Of a DNA stretch of 64,000 nt, positions 43,083 to 57,043 are shown piece after piece; position 1 is the first letter of the stretch, and every line of letters starts with the position of its first letter. The stretch is from the human T2T-CHM13v2.0 reference genome, Homo sapiens. Location of the stretch: the NCBI RefSeq assembly GCF_009914755.1, contig NC_060930.1. One strand, written 5' to 3'. The position numbers were made by a program, and so were the translations under genes. Under the pieces are notes generated by a model that was given only the letters and a program-made list of their open reading frames with translations, had not been told where the DNA came from and ran no database searches.

Positions 43083-45879
43083 ATCCTGTTATTTCATTTA
43101 TGTTTTTATCCCCCATCCAGCTACAAAATAGGTCCCTTGTATTGTCTGTGTTGATTTATCTTCATGATATCTTAGAAAGAAGTTGGGAGAGACTGCAACA
43201 GGCCACCAGCCAGATGCCATTTAACATGGGAATTTCTCAAAGTAAGTCTCATGCTGTTGAAGACATTAAATACAGTTCTGAGAGAAGTTTCTATGTAGGC
43301 TCTTTGTGTGCTCTTCAATACCCCCATTAGACAGTGTGTGCAGGGCAGGCTCTGTGTTTCTTACCCCATAGCTGCTACCCTGACTCATGTCCCTCCTCAC
43401 CCTCTGACCTGCACATCCAACCAATTCAACACTGTCTCATTATCTAAGTCTACATCATTGAAAAAATATCACCTTGTCAAACTTATAAGAGAAACAAATT
43501 CAAAATGGACCTATTTCAACTCCTTTTGTCTAAAATCTGTCCTTGAATGGGGTGGGCTATATGGCATCCTGAGCTGATGACCACAGCTCACTCATGGTGC
43601 CAAAAGCAGGAAAGTAAGAAAAGGGCATCTGCAGGGCGCTGCATATGGTTCTCCAGCAAATACAAAGAGAAGTCTGGCCCTTTTTAGCCTGGAAAGAGTT
43701 GCCAGACCGGCTCTAAGAGCCCACCCTTTCCATTTTATCGATTTTCTCCTTCTCCACCATCAACAACTACAACCTTACATACACAAAGCATTGCTTGGCT
43801 GTTCAAACCTCCCTGTGTATCTTCTACTAGATACCCTCCTCAGAGGCACTTAGAGGCTTGATCTTACCATTTCTTAACTTTTCCAAATCTTTTGCAGATT
43901 CCAGAAATTTCCTTTCAGACTGGAAGCAGAAACAGTAAATGGGCTCTTGTTAATTCATTCCATAGCATTGCAGACCTTTAACCTTGAATGGCTTCTGTCT
44001 GGTACATAATTTGGAAAATATAAGACTTCTGATCTTGGCAGAGCATGCAGAGGAGGCTGGTGGTGGCCATTTTGAAATTTACACTAGATCATCAAGAAAA
44101 GGGCATGGATCACAGCACATAGTCGCTCAATCTTCTAGTTCACTTTACTTCCACCTTGATCACTCCCATGTCCCTGATTAGGGCATCATTTGACAGGGGA
44201 TGTCACTGGAGTTAAGGGATCAGGCAGTTCTTCTAATTATGGAGTTGTCATATCTTAGGAAAGCATATGTCTCTGAGTGAGATCAGACCACAGCCTTTGT
44301 GTCCCCAGCATGGGTATGCCATGGGCCAGTGACCACCAAAGATTCTGCCACCAAGGGCCCTCTGCTGTAATTTACATCAGCTCAGTTTGTAGGAGCCCTG
44401 CTAAGGGTGAAATAGGTCATAGCTGTTGCATAGTTATAACTCTGGCAATTATAATTTCCCCTCCTGGAGTATATGGGACACAATAGGATAGAATTCTCAA
44501 TTTTAGGAAGGAATTAAAGTCCCCACTGTAACATTATTTTTAATGAAAATCTCTGGCTTGTGACATGGCTGTGTGGGTTTAATATCCTGTCATGTCCTGG
44601 CTTCTTGACTTCGGACACATTGTAGACTCCCTCTGTGTCTTAGTATCCTAACCTATGAAGTGGGTATACTTATGGTACCTATGTTATAGGTTGGTATGAA
44701 GATTAAATTACAAAGTCATGCAAAGCACTCAGAAAAGTAGCAAGTGTATAATAAGTGCTCATTAAATAGACACTATTAGGATTCTGAGAGATGGCTGCTG
44801 TTTCATATCATCATTAAAAAATTAAATCAATCTAATATTGATGATAATATACTATATTGCTGATCTATATCCAGTGATTTAAACTTTGAAATAAATCACA
44901 CCTTGTCCTGAGTGTAGTCACTTTGGTTGGAATGGCAGCCAGCAATAAGGCTGTCTCAATCTGATCAGAAGCTCTGAGTGGATGCAAGTATTTAATACAA
45001 ATATGAAAACCAGTTATTGCATAAAAATACAGTTGACTTAATAGGCAGAATCTATAAAAATAAAAATCAAAGTAGACACTTATCAAGATTTTCTGTATTT
45101 CACTGTTGATATGATCTGGTACCAATCTTGACTCTGCCTCAAAATAGCTGTGTGATCTGGGAATCATCACTTAACATCTTCAAGCCTTAGTTTCCTCATC
45201 TGCAAAATGGGGATAGAACATTTTCTTAAACAGAATATTGTAATGTTTTCAAAATGCATGATACAGGGCCTGACCCACATACATCAAGGAATAAATGGTA
45301 GTTGTGTTTGCAGTGGTTACTTATAGTTTAATGGAGATCTTTATGGTGAAAGTTCAGGAATTTGGGGGTTTCTAGCTTGCTCCATGGAAAAGAGTTTGTT
45401 GTGGATCTATGATTGCACAGTAGCAGGATCTGGAGATCATGGGGGGTGTGTGCCAGCAATTAATAAAGCGTCCAATTCAGGACAAACCTAAGGAATGGTG
45501 GGTGGTCCTGGCAGGAGGGTGACCGAGGTGGGGTGGGATTGGCAAGTGGGATGTGCTTGTGAGGCTGAGGACTGGGTTGTGATCATCAGCCTTAGGGCAC
45601 TGAGACCCCAGAAGCCTGAGTAAGGTCTGCAGTCAGCCCTTCCACTGCCTTCAGTCAAGCTGGATGGATGCCAGGGAACCTGGGTTCCTCCCAGCCTTGC
45701 CCCTCCCTCCCTCCTGCTGAACTCTTCCTACCCGGGCTCTGAACACATCCCTGAGCTGCAGAGCTGATGTCTGGGTGACAGTGAAACAGGGTATTCATTT
45801 GTACAAAGAAAACAACCTGGAATGGCAGTGTTTGGATTTCTTGTGTGCTTACTTCCTCATAGGATTGAGAAAGGGTGAG

Positions 45880-47143
45880 GCTAAAGGGTTTGGCCCACAA
45901 AACCATTTTTCTCTCTAGGCCTCTAGGCCTGTGATGGGAGGGGCGGTAACAAAGCCCTGGGCATGCCCTGGAGACATTTTCCCCATTGTCTTTGCTGTTA
46001 ACATTTGGCTACTTTTGCAAATTTCCAAACTTTTGCAAAAGGAGCAGTATGTTCATAACTGAGACTTTTGCAAATTTCTGCCACTGGCTTGATTTCATCC
46101 CCTGAAAGTGGGGTTTTCTTTTCTACCATATGATCAGGCTGCAATTTTTCCAAACTTTTATGCTCTGCTTCCCTTTTAAATATAAGTTTCAATTGCAGAT
46201 TGATTCATTCAGATTCAATGACAGATTTCAGATCATGTCTTTGGGAACACATATGAACATATGCTGTTAGAAAGAGCCAGGCTAAATCTTGAATGCTTTG
46301 CAGCTTAGAAACTTCTTCTACCACATACCCTAAATCATCTCTCAAGTTAAAAGTCTCACAGATCTCTAGAGCAGAGGCACAATGCCACGAGTCTCTTCGC
46401 TAAGGCATAGCAAGAGTGACTTTCACTCCCATTCCCAAAAGGTTTCTCATCTCCATCTGAGACCTCAGCCTGGACTTCATGGTCCATATCACTGTCAACA
46501 TTTTGGACAGAACCATTCAACTAGTTTCCAGGAAGTTCCAAACTTACCCTCATTTTTCTGCCTTCTTCTGAGCCCTCCAAACTGTTCCAGCCTCTGCTCC
46601 TTACCCAATTTTAAAGCAGCTTCCACATTTTCAGGTATCTTCATAGGAATGTCCCACTTTTCTGGTACCAATTTCTTGTATTAGTCCATTCTCACACTTC
46701 TATAAAGACGTATCTGAAACTGGGTAATTGATAAAGAAAAGAGGTTTAATCAGCTCACAGTTCTGCAGGCTGTACAGGCGTCTGCTTCTGTGGAGGCCTA
46801 AGGAAACTTACAATCATGGTGGAAAGTGAAGGGGAAGCAAGCACATATTCACATGGCTGTCAGGAGAGAGAGAATGAATGGGAAGGTGCTACACACTTTC
46901 AAACAACCAGATCTCATGAGAACTCTATAAGAAGAAAGCACTAGGGGGATGATGTGAAACCATTAGAAAACACCCCATGGTCCAATCACCTCCCACCAGG
47001 CCCCACCTCCAACACTGGGGATGATGTGAAACCATTAGAAAACACCACATCGTCCAATCACCTCCCACCAAGCCCCACCTCCAACACTGGGGATGACAAT
47101 ACAACATGAGATTTGGGTGGGGACACAGAGCCAAACTATATCA
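45880..47143. mobile_element. MST/THE1 MaLR internal fragment plus MSTA-like LTR (46677-47143) with an internal tandem duplication of about 72 bp
   Basis: ctggagacattttccccattgtc (internal); tgtattagtccattctcacac...gccaaactatatca (LTR); ggggatgatgtgaaaccattag...ccaacactg twice at about 46945-47090. Confidence 0.8.
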
Positions 47144-47354
47144 GGTGTCATATTTTTTTCCTGTGAATTATTTTATAGCCTGGACAGGTCTCACATCTGG
47201 ATCCAAAAGGAGGACATCACTGAAGCTCCTAATCTTTCCTTTATATTTTTCCCCACTATTAAACATTTATTCCAGGACATTGTTGACTTATATTCTAATG
47301 GCACCATACATATTAGCTGGGTTCCTTTAGGTGCATTTTAAAAACTAGCTATAA

Positions 47355-47658
<304 letters not shown>

Positions 47659-49111
47659 TTATATGCTGCAGTAATTATTTAGTTATTCTATCAGCTTCTG
47701 AATTTTAATACTTGAGAAGTCATGTAGTCTGCAGATTCCAAACCACAAAATATTTTGCTCCCATACCCCAGAGGACATTCAGAGTATCTGGAGACATTCT
47801 TGGTTGTCACATCAAGGCAGAAGGTGGTGGGTAGTGCTTCAACATAGGTAGGTGGAGGCCGGTGATGCCTTGGAACATCCTATCATGAACAGGACAGCCC
47901 CTGAACCCAAAGAATTACCCATCCCAAGGGGTGCCAAGGGTAAGATGAGAGACTTTTCCTTAGCCATTTTCAAGGTTTGCTGTGAGTTGGTTGAACCCTA
48001 GATAGAGAATGTAACTTGTCATCTAGCTAATTAGTGGGAAAGACTGAATCAGATTCTAGTTTTCCTGACATTCAGAAACTAATTTATTCCTATTATAAAT
48101 CAACCTTAATTTTGAATTTTCACAGCTATAAAGTATTACAGTTACTTATATACACATTGTGTCCCTACTAAATTGTGAGGTTCCGAAAGAGCAGAGAGGT
48201 CTCACAGTATGTTTAACACAGTGTATTGCACATGGTAGTATTACAATATCACTGATACTTGGATAGATCACACAGCAATGCTAGACATTTTAGCAGTCAC
48301 AGAGAGTTCTATAATTTCATCTTTTGAACTTCCTTGATGAGAAAATCAAATGATATAGAAAAAATTAAATAGAAAAATTAAATAATAGATTCCAGATAAT
48401 GGATCAACCAATCCTGATTATCAGACTCAATTTTCTACAATTTCACAGAATAAATAAAGATATGGGTGTGGCTCACTGAGTAGACCCAGAAGGACTAAGA
48501 AAAGAGGAATTTGGAAAGAGCAAGGTTATCAGGCAAGTGTTTAATTGGGCAAAGGACAAGGATTAACAGATATTTGTTGAATCAGGAATCTGAAAATTCA
48601 CAAGAAGGGCATTATTGTTTTTAATTTTGTTAATCATTAATCTAGGTCATCTTGCTTTATAGAACTAAAAGTTCTAAAGACTTAAATTCACCTGTAAGTT
48701 CTAGAAAACTGCTCTCAAAACATTCTGCCTCCCTTTGGAGCATTACAAACTTAAAGAAATATTGAAAAGCCAATGGCATCAACACTTGACAACAAATCAC
48801 AAAGCACTTCCTGAAAGAAGCATTAATGTGTGATATCTACCATCAAGTTGCAAATTAGACTTGTGCTTGGCAGGTGTTGGTGGCTCTTTTCTCAGCAGGA
48901 GATGGAGGTTTGGAGAAGCAACTGCAGACATGGAACTGTCTAGTTGTATGTCCCTTTTACCAGTCATTGGGAATTCCCAAGTCTGTGATCTTGCCAAATG
49001 TAAGTTCACAATAATTGTGTGTTGATTACTTGTCTAGAAAATGTAACTTTAGCATAAACACCTACTTTTGCTCTGGCAATGATCATATTCTCAGATGACC
49101 TAAAATGACAT

Positions 49112-50625
49112 TGACAGGTGACAGTGTGCTGGCAGCCCTCGCAGCCCTCGCTCGCTCTCGGCGCCTCCTCAGCCTTGGCGCCCACTCTGGCCACGCTTCA
49201 GGAGCCCCTTCAGCCCGCCGCTGCACTGTGGGAGTCCCTTTCTGGGCTGGCCAAGGCTGGAACCAGCTCCCTTAGATTGTGGGGAGGTGTGGAGGGAGAG
49301 GCATGGGTGAGAACCTGGGCTACGCCAGGCACTTGCAGGCCAGTGCGAGTTCCAGGTGGGTGTGGACTCGCCAGGCCCCACACTCAGAGTGGCTGGCCGG
49401 CCCCGCCGGCCCCAGGCAGTGAGGGGCTTAGCATCTGGTCCAACAGCTGCTGTGCTCAACTTCTCGCCGGGCCTTAGCTGCCTCCCCGCCAGGCAGGGCT
49501 CAGGACCTGCAGCCCGCCATGCCTGAGCCTCTCCCCCTACCCCGCCCCCTGACTGTGGGCTTTTGCATGGCCTGAGCCTCCCCAACGAGCGCTGCCCCCT
49601 GCTCCAGGGTGCCCAGTCCTATCAGCGGCCCAAGGACTGAGGAATGTGGGCACATGGCACGGGACTAGCAGGCAGCTCCACCTGCAGCCCCGGTGTGGGA
49701 TCCACTGGGTGAAGCCAGCTGGGCTCCTGAGTCTGGTGGGGACTTGGAGATCTTTATGTCTAGCTAAGGGATCGTAAATACACAAATCAGCACTCTGTAT
49801 CCAGCTCAAGGTTTGTAAATGCACCAATCAGCACCCTGTGTCTAGCTCAGGGTTTGTAAATGCACAAATGGGCACTCTGTATCTGGTTACTCTGGTGGGG
49901 AGGTGGAGAACCTTTATGTCTAGCTAAGGGATCGTAAATACACCAATCAGCACTCTCTATCTAGCTCAAGGTTTGTAAACACACCAATCAGCACCCTGTG
50001 TCTAGCTCAGGGTTTGTAAATACACCAATCAACACTCTGTATCTAGCTAATCTAGTGGGGACCTGGAGAACTTTTGTGTCTAGTTCAGGGATTGTAAATG
50101 CACCAATCAGCTCTCTGTAAAACAGACCAATTGGCTCTCTGTAAAATGGACCAATCAGCAGGATGTGGGTGGGGCCAGATAAGAGAATAAAAGCAGGCTG
50201 CCCCAGCCAGCAGTGGCAACCAGCTCAGTTCCCTTCGACACTGTGGAAGCTTTGTTCTTTCACTCTTTGCAATAAATCTTGCTGCTGCTCACCGTTTGGG
50301 TCCACACTGATTTTATGAGCCGTAACACGCACTGCAAAGGTCTGCAGCTTCACTCCTGAAGCCTGAGAGACCACGAACCCACTGGGAGGAACTAACAACT
50401 CCAGAGGTGCCACATTAAGAGCTGTAACACTCACGCGAAAGTCTGCAGCTTCACTCCTGAGCCAGCGAGACCACGAACCCACCAGAAGGAAGAAACTCTG
50501 AACACATCTGAACATCAGAAGGAACAAACTCTGGACACGCCGCCTTTAAGAACTGTGACACCGCAAGGGTCTGAGGCTTCATTCTTGAAGTCAGTGAGAC
50601 CAAGAACCCACCAATTCCGGACAAA
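49112..50625 (+). mobile_element. ERV9 solo LTR (LTR12C-like)
   Basis: tgacaggtgacagtgtgctggcag...aagaacccaccaattccggacaaa, 1514 bp; tandem caccaatcagcac enhancer repeats at about 49750-50160; 4-bp TSD ACAT at 49108-49111 and 50626-50629. Confidence 0.92.
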
Positions 50626-50737
50626 ACATTGTGACTATTTTTTCCCCTCATGGTATTAATTTTTCTACTATAATTAAATTCTCATAGTCTAGTTTTCTAA
50701 ATTCTTCATTTTTGCGTTTCTTTAATGATTGTGAGAG

Positions 50738-51150
50738 TTGTCAGAGTCAAAAGGAGTCACAATGTTAGGAAAACTCTGACAACAGAGCTGAAAAAGGCCA
50801 TAAAGAGAATGTTCTTACTGTTTATCTGATAACAAAACAAACTAGGAAAAACACAACCTTGAACAAAGGCCATCGCAATCTTAATAAAAGAATCTGTTAG
50901 GACACTTGCTCAGCAACTGCCTGTTGAAACTTGGCCTGGCATTACCCTTGTTATTGACATTTGTAGTGACTGATAAGTATTTCAAAACGTTTATTTAATC
51001 CTCATTTTATTCCTATAAAAATCTTTGTCTTCCTTAACTTCCCTGAATACATACATAGTTTACTGTGATAAACATATACCCATTACAACACTTAATTCTC
51101 AAATAAATATCTTTTATTTGAAAGGGTCTCTTTATTATTTAAGTTGAAAC
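50738..51150. mobile_element. old ERV-type LTR (family uncertain); truncated paralogue at about 8560-8852
   Basis: About 410 bp TG...CA segment with AATAAA; present near exon 1 in both pseudogenes but absent at the matching GSTA2 position. Confidence 0.45.
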
Positions 51151-51767
51151 AATGTATCCAAAAGCAGGTGAATGCAGAACTTTTAAACTGTCATCCAAGC
51201 ACACAGAAAAGGCACTAATATAAGTATAAAACAGATTTTTCTTGTGCCAAGGACACATTTTAAAGTATTTTTCTAGTGACCTAGATGGGAGGTCATGAGG
51301 TAATGTAGGGAGACTTCTAAGATCAGTATTTACTTTGTTAAAGGCTGTCACCCTTGTGGCTCAACAACTTAATTTGAGGTCCTAATGTGGTGTATAAACT
51401 ACATGTTCGCTTCAATAGCTCCCTCCCACTGAAAGGAATAGAGTCAAGTTAAAAACAGCCACTCCCACACATTTCAGGGCTGCAGAACTGCCTACCAGAT
51501 TCTAAGAAAAATCGCAAGTCATCCTCTTATCACAAGGTAACTAGTTAATATGTTCCTTTTCAAGGTTGGCAATAAAAGTCTAACCAAAAATTTCAGCAGA
51601 TTTTGCTCTCTTTACAGTAAGTCAGTAGAAACTGGCTTTTTGAAGACGCTCATTTTTAATGACTTGGATGTAAGGACTAAGGCAGATGAGAAATCTCTGC
51701 TGGGAGCATAGCTGGCAGGGGATGTCTGTGAAGGGCAGGCTGATGGCACTCTGGAAGTCTTCTCTTA

Positions 51768-51960
51768 CTGGGTTGCCACACAAAATACAGGGCACCCAGG
51801 TAAATATGAATTCCAGGCAAAGGATCAGTCATTTGTTAGTATAAGTATGTCCCAAACACTGTAGGAAACATGTTTATACTAAAAAAGTATTGCTTGTTTG
51901 TCTAAAAATTCACATTTATTTGGGTGTCCTGTATCTTATCCGCCAAATCTGGCCACCCTA
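51768..51960. mobile_element. MER53-like palindromic MITE
   Basis: Paralogue of 9462-9653 with inverted ends gggttgcca...tggccaccct. Confidence 0.7.
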
Positions 51961-54572
51961 TTTTTACAGTGTTACCTCTCTGCATTGCACAAATCACCCT
52001 TCCTGGCCTCTGGGCCTTTGCACATGGCATTTGTCCTGACTGGAATACTCCACTTTCACCTCCTACTGTATTTTCTCTATTGTGTCTTTCCCTACATTAA
52101 TTTACATGATGTATTCAATATCTGATTTCTCCCTAGACCTTGAGCTCCTGAGAACAGAGCCTTCTTATGTCAGTCCAGTCCTTATTGTCTGGGACAAAAC
52201 CTGGACATTGTAGGAGCTCCTAAAATAAGATAGTTTTAAAATTTACATGGAAAAATTCTAGCAAATACAAAAGTAGAGGGAATAATATAACAAGCTTGAA
52301 GGTACCCATGACCTGCATTCATCAATTGCCAGCAACATTTCTTCATCTATACCTGGCAGTGGATTAAGTTATGTTGGCTCCCAAGAAAGAGAGGTCCATG
52401 TCCAAATCCTTGAGTCCTGTAAATGTGACCTTATTTGGAAAAAGGCTCTTTGCAGATGAGGTTAAGGAACTTGAGATGAGATCATCCTGGTATATCCAGA
52501 TAGGCCCTACATCCAATGACAAATGTCCCTCCAATGTAGCGAATAGAAGACACAGACACACAGAGGGTGAGGTGCTGGAAGCCCCAGGCAGAAAGTAGAG
52601 TGATGTGGCCATGATCCATGAAAGTCCAGAAATGCCAAGAGCCCCCAGAAGCTGTAGGAGGCAGGGAAGGATTGTTCTCTAGTACTTCCAGGGGAATGTG
52701 GCCCTACTCACATCCTGACTTCAGGCTTCTGGCCTTCAGAATTGTAAGCAAATGCCTTTCTGATGTTTCAAGCCACCCAGTTTGTAGGAATCTGTGACAG
52801 GAGCCACAAGAAAATGATACAAACTCCCACATACTCCCACCACTACCAGGGGATTCTTTTCAAGCAAATCCCAGACAGCATATCATTTCATCTGTAAATA
52901 CTAGTATTCATCTCTAGAAAGGAAGAACTTCTTTTCTAAACATAATCACACTATGATTGTGTTTAATATGATAATCTCTTATCATATTAAAATTCTATAA
53001 TTCTTTAATTTCATCAAAGCTCCAGCGTTCTAGTTCATGTAAGTGTCCCATAAAAATTTCTTAGCAGTTTGTTTATTTTGGTCAGCATGCAAGCAAGGTC
53101 CTTACAAAGCATTTGAGGGATATGAGTCAATTTTTTTTTTTTTTTTAGAAATTAATGAATGAATAGAGACAGGTAGAGAGTGTGGGGGTTTGTGAGTTCT
53201 CAAAGCCCAATCTCATATACCCAGGTTCTGGAGTTGCATAGAGCTGTGCATGGGTCTGTGCAGATGTCATTGTCCATTAGTGATGAAGCACTGGGGACCC
53301 AGCAGGCCAAGCCTCACACCACAGGCTCACAGTACAGGGGAGCAGACACAGTGGCCCTCAGGTGTTATTAGAGGCTCACTGGGACTCTGTGGAGGGCAGA
53401 GGACAGCCCAGTGCTCCTGGGAAGCAATGAGGTAGTGTTAAGTGTGTCCACTGGGAAGGAGCTTGCCAGGCAGGGCTAGCAAACGCACCCAGGCAGGAAG
53501 GCAAGAGGCCCCACCATGCTCGGAGAGTTGACTGGGCTGAAGATCACGGAGTGAAGACAGGTGTGAGGATGCATTGTATATGCAGTCAGGACTCACTGAA
53601 GAATTCTGTGAGTATTTTTCCAATTTGTATTTTGGAAAAACTACTCTGGTTGTAAGTGGAGAAGAGACTAGAGCAAAGTGAAGCTGCAGGTAGGAAGCCT
53701 GTGTGTTTGTCTGCTCCCTCAACCACCTCTGCCAACTGTGGGGAAGCTCCCTCTAAGAGGAGGAGAGTGCAAATTGCAGAAGCCCAGGTGTCCTGGGAGA
53801 GATTAACACTATGGGACCAGTATGGGGGTGGAGCTAGAAAGCACTCCTAATCTAAGCATTCTGGCACAGTGACACACCAGGGAAAAATGATTTTGCATAT
53901 AGTTATTTGTATTTCACATATACCATCTGTATCTTGGCAGCCAGGCCTGAGTGGCACTGAAGGAACTGAGAGAAGGCTCATGCCTGGGACCCCACAGAGC
54001 CTTAAGGAGCAGAGTGAGGATGAGCCAGGAGCACACACACTGTAAGGGACAATAGGGTGGCCTGAGAGCAGAGGGTGGGTCTGTTTGCTCTTCAGTATTT
54101 CCTCACCTCCTAGAAAACTGAGGAATCCACAGCAGACAGAATCATTGTTTTGCAAATGCATAAGAAAGAACGCTTTTATCAGAAATAAAATGACTGTCCA
54201 GGAAAAGAAGAAAATGTCTTTATGCCATTATCCAGGATGGTAACTCTTCTCCTGTGCATACCTGAAAATGTCAGAAGTGCATTTCTACATTGACATTTTA
54301 ATAGATTGTATGACAAATTGTATGTTACGGGACAATTCTTGGAAAAGTCAAACAAACCACATAATCTATAGTTTCCTTTTTTACTGAATTTTTAATTCCA
54401 GGAAAATGGTTGGCTAGGAGAAGATTGGAAATCTGAATTCACATCAGATCCTAATGAAAACAAATCAATTTTAACTAAGTCAGCGAATAGGAGTTGTATT
54501 ATTTAATTAGCATATAATTTGAAAGAGTTCATTAGCTTCACAACAGGCACAATCAACACTTAGGTAAAGTAC

Positions 54573-54578
54573 TTTATT
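54573..54578 (-). terminator. AATAAA polyadenylation signal in the GSTA1 3' UTR
   Basis: tttatt on the plus strand, about 57 nt after the stop; an ATTAAA follows near 54502-54507. Confidence 0.5.
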
Positions 54579-54634
54579 GTTGCAAAACTTTAGAACATTG
54601 GTATTGCAAGTTCTTGGCCTCCATGACTGCGTTA

Positions 54635-54757
54635 TTAAAACCTGAAAATCTTCCTTGCTTCTTCTAAAGATTTCTCATCCATGGGAGGCTTCCTTGGGCT
54701 GCCAGGCTGTAGAAACTTCTTCACTGTGGGCAGGTTGCTGATTCTGGTTTTCAGGGC
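54635..54757 (-). CDS. GSTA1: glutathione S-transferase A1, exon 7
   Basis: [40 protein letters not shown]; EEARK is the A1 form. Confidence 0.97.
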   Translation of the reverse strand, partial: ALKTRISNLPTVKKFLQPGSPRKPPMDEKSLEEARKIFRF

Positions 54758-55632
54758 CTGTAATTCATAAAGCACAGCCTCAGAGTGAAGCCAAGGGCTG
54801 ACACCACCATTAACATGACCCAGGGAATCTGAGCCCCTCCTGCAAAGACCAAGTGAGTCTGCTCCATCAGCACAAGCATGGAGGCAGAAACAGACACCCA
54901 GTGAGAAATGAAGATAAGGGGAAGGACATGTAGCTCACTTTATTTTCCCCAAAGATGTCTTGAAGTTTTAATCAGTTCAGTCATCTCTATCTTTCTCCTT
55001 ACACACTAATCCTATAGATTAGTGACTCTTGTATAAGACAAGAAAAAATAATGTGCCTGTGAGATATCAACACAGATGAGTCTCTAAGCAGAAGTGAAAA
55101 CATGGGGAAATTATTTGGGAAGGGAATAGTTATAGAAAATATTAAAGACAAACCATGGGACCACCTTTTCTCAGTGAGAGATACAGTGTGGGGGGCCAGT
55201 GTCCTGGAGAGCTGTGCAGAGAGGAACACAATGTCAGACAGCAGGAGCCGGAGCCCAGGGAGGAAACCAGATGGAAAGGGCTCTGCTCAGACCGGCTCAC
55301 TGTGGGCACATATGGGATAAAGGACATCACAGAGAACTCAGGAACAGAAACCACATTGAAATAGAGGGATGGGGAGAGATGCTGGGCCCTGGGTTCTTTC
55401 CATAATAAAGGGCAAAATACTCTTTGTGGGGTAGCATGCAGCACAGATTTCCTTTCCATAACAAAAGTGTTTTCATTCCTCAAAATTGGAGCCTGGAAGC
55501 TCATTTTGGAGACCTTGGGGCACTGAAGGCCTGGAGAAGACTGGGGCAAAACTTGGTCAGTCGCAGGGCCCAGATACAAGATCCCAAGATGGGAGATGTG
55601 GGGCTGCCTCTCTGGGCTGTGAAATGGGTCAC

Positions 55633-55764
55633 CTTCAGCAGAGGGAAGCTGGAGATAAGACTGGAGTCAAGCTCCTCGACGTAGTAGAGAAGTTCCACCA
55701 GATGAATGTCAGCCCGGCTCAGCTTGTTGCCAACAAGGTAGTCTTGTCCATGGCTCTTTAAGAC
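55633..55764 (-). CDS. GSTA1: glutathione S-transferase A1, exon 6
   Basis: 132 bp, [44 protein letters not shown]. Confidence 0.97.
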
Positions 55765-56901
55765 CTGGAGAATGGGAGGAATCAGATCAGGAACACATGC
55801 ACACCCAGGCTAGGACCCCTGCTTCTTTCGGAGCCTCTCCACCCTGACTTTCCCCACCTCTGTTGCCTTACTGCATGGGTGCAGAAATCCAGAGCTTTCT
55901 CCACATTATCTGAATGAATGAGAGAGTAAGAACTGTAACTCTACTCACTCCTCAGTTGTAGCTCAGGCTCCCATTTTCTCTTCTCATTCTACATCACTGT
56001 GGCATCTACACCACCCACGCAGCTTGCTTCTTCCACATGGGCCAGGGGCTTAGCACCTGCCTCCATGTGTTCTGTCTGCCCCAGGCCCTACAGCGTGGAG
56101 CCCTCACATTCAGGATGTGGCTCTACATTCTGCTCTCTCCCTCTCCAATCTCCCTTGGGCAGTGACTCCACCTTCATGACAACACTCTTCCCCAGGAGGA
56201 GACTATTTCAGAGTCCTCATTTCTCTTTGTCTGCTCTCCTCATTCCCTGCTCTATCTCCCTGGGATCTGTAGGAAACCTGGGTGAACCTGAATTCATCTT
56301 TCTTACAGCATTGACTCTCACTCCCAACTGGCACTATGTTATAATCTGCAAGCTGAAGCGTTTACGGGTGAACTGCACTGATGTCTGCAACTTACTCTAA
56401 AATCCATTTTAAAAAATCTTCCTCTGCATCCCACAATCACTCTCCTTTTAAAAAATACCCATCCCTGAAACGCTACAGTATTCTCTGGTTGGGCAATTGG
56501 TCTCCTATCTTCCTGCATATGGTGCCAGAATATTTTCTGATGGATCGCTTTCATCATGCCCCTGTTCAGTCAAAGTCCATGGGGTTCCATAGACTCAACA
56601 GCAACCTCTAGTGTGGTCCAGAGCCCACATTCTACTTATGAACATGAAATCTTGTTGAACAGGTAATTCCATGTTGGGGTCCAGTAAATTAAAATTTTAC
56701 TGGAAAAGTATAGCTTGGGTATAAATGATACAATTGTTTCTCCAAGTCTATTTTCATAAAATGCCTTGAGAGTCAGAGTGCTGCATTGGTGTTCAGGAAG
56801 TCTCACTGAAAGTGAAGATCAGTGACCCAGGAATGCCCAGCCACTATTTTTCTATTGGCCTCTAAACTCAGTTCCCCAAAACACTGAACTGCTTCACTTA
56901 C

Positions 56902-57043
56902 TTTTTCAAAGGCAGGGAAGTAGCGATTTTTTATTTTCTCCTTGATCAAGGCAAGCTTGGCATCTTTTTCCTCAGGTGGACATACGGGCAGAAGGAGGAT
57001 CATTTCACCCAAATCTGCTATACCTTCTATATACATATCAATC
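56902..57043 (-). CDS. GSTA1: glutathione S-transferase A1, exon 5
   Basis: 142 bp, [47 protein letters not shown]; PVCPPEEK is diagnostic of A1. Confidence 0.97.

Noticed and set aside
49750-50160. Regularly spaced direct repeats that superficially resemble a CRISPR array
   Set aside because: They are the normal tandem CCAAT enhancer repeats of ERV9/LTR12, have no unique spacers, and lie in a primate genome.
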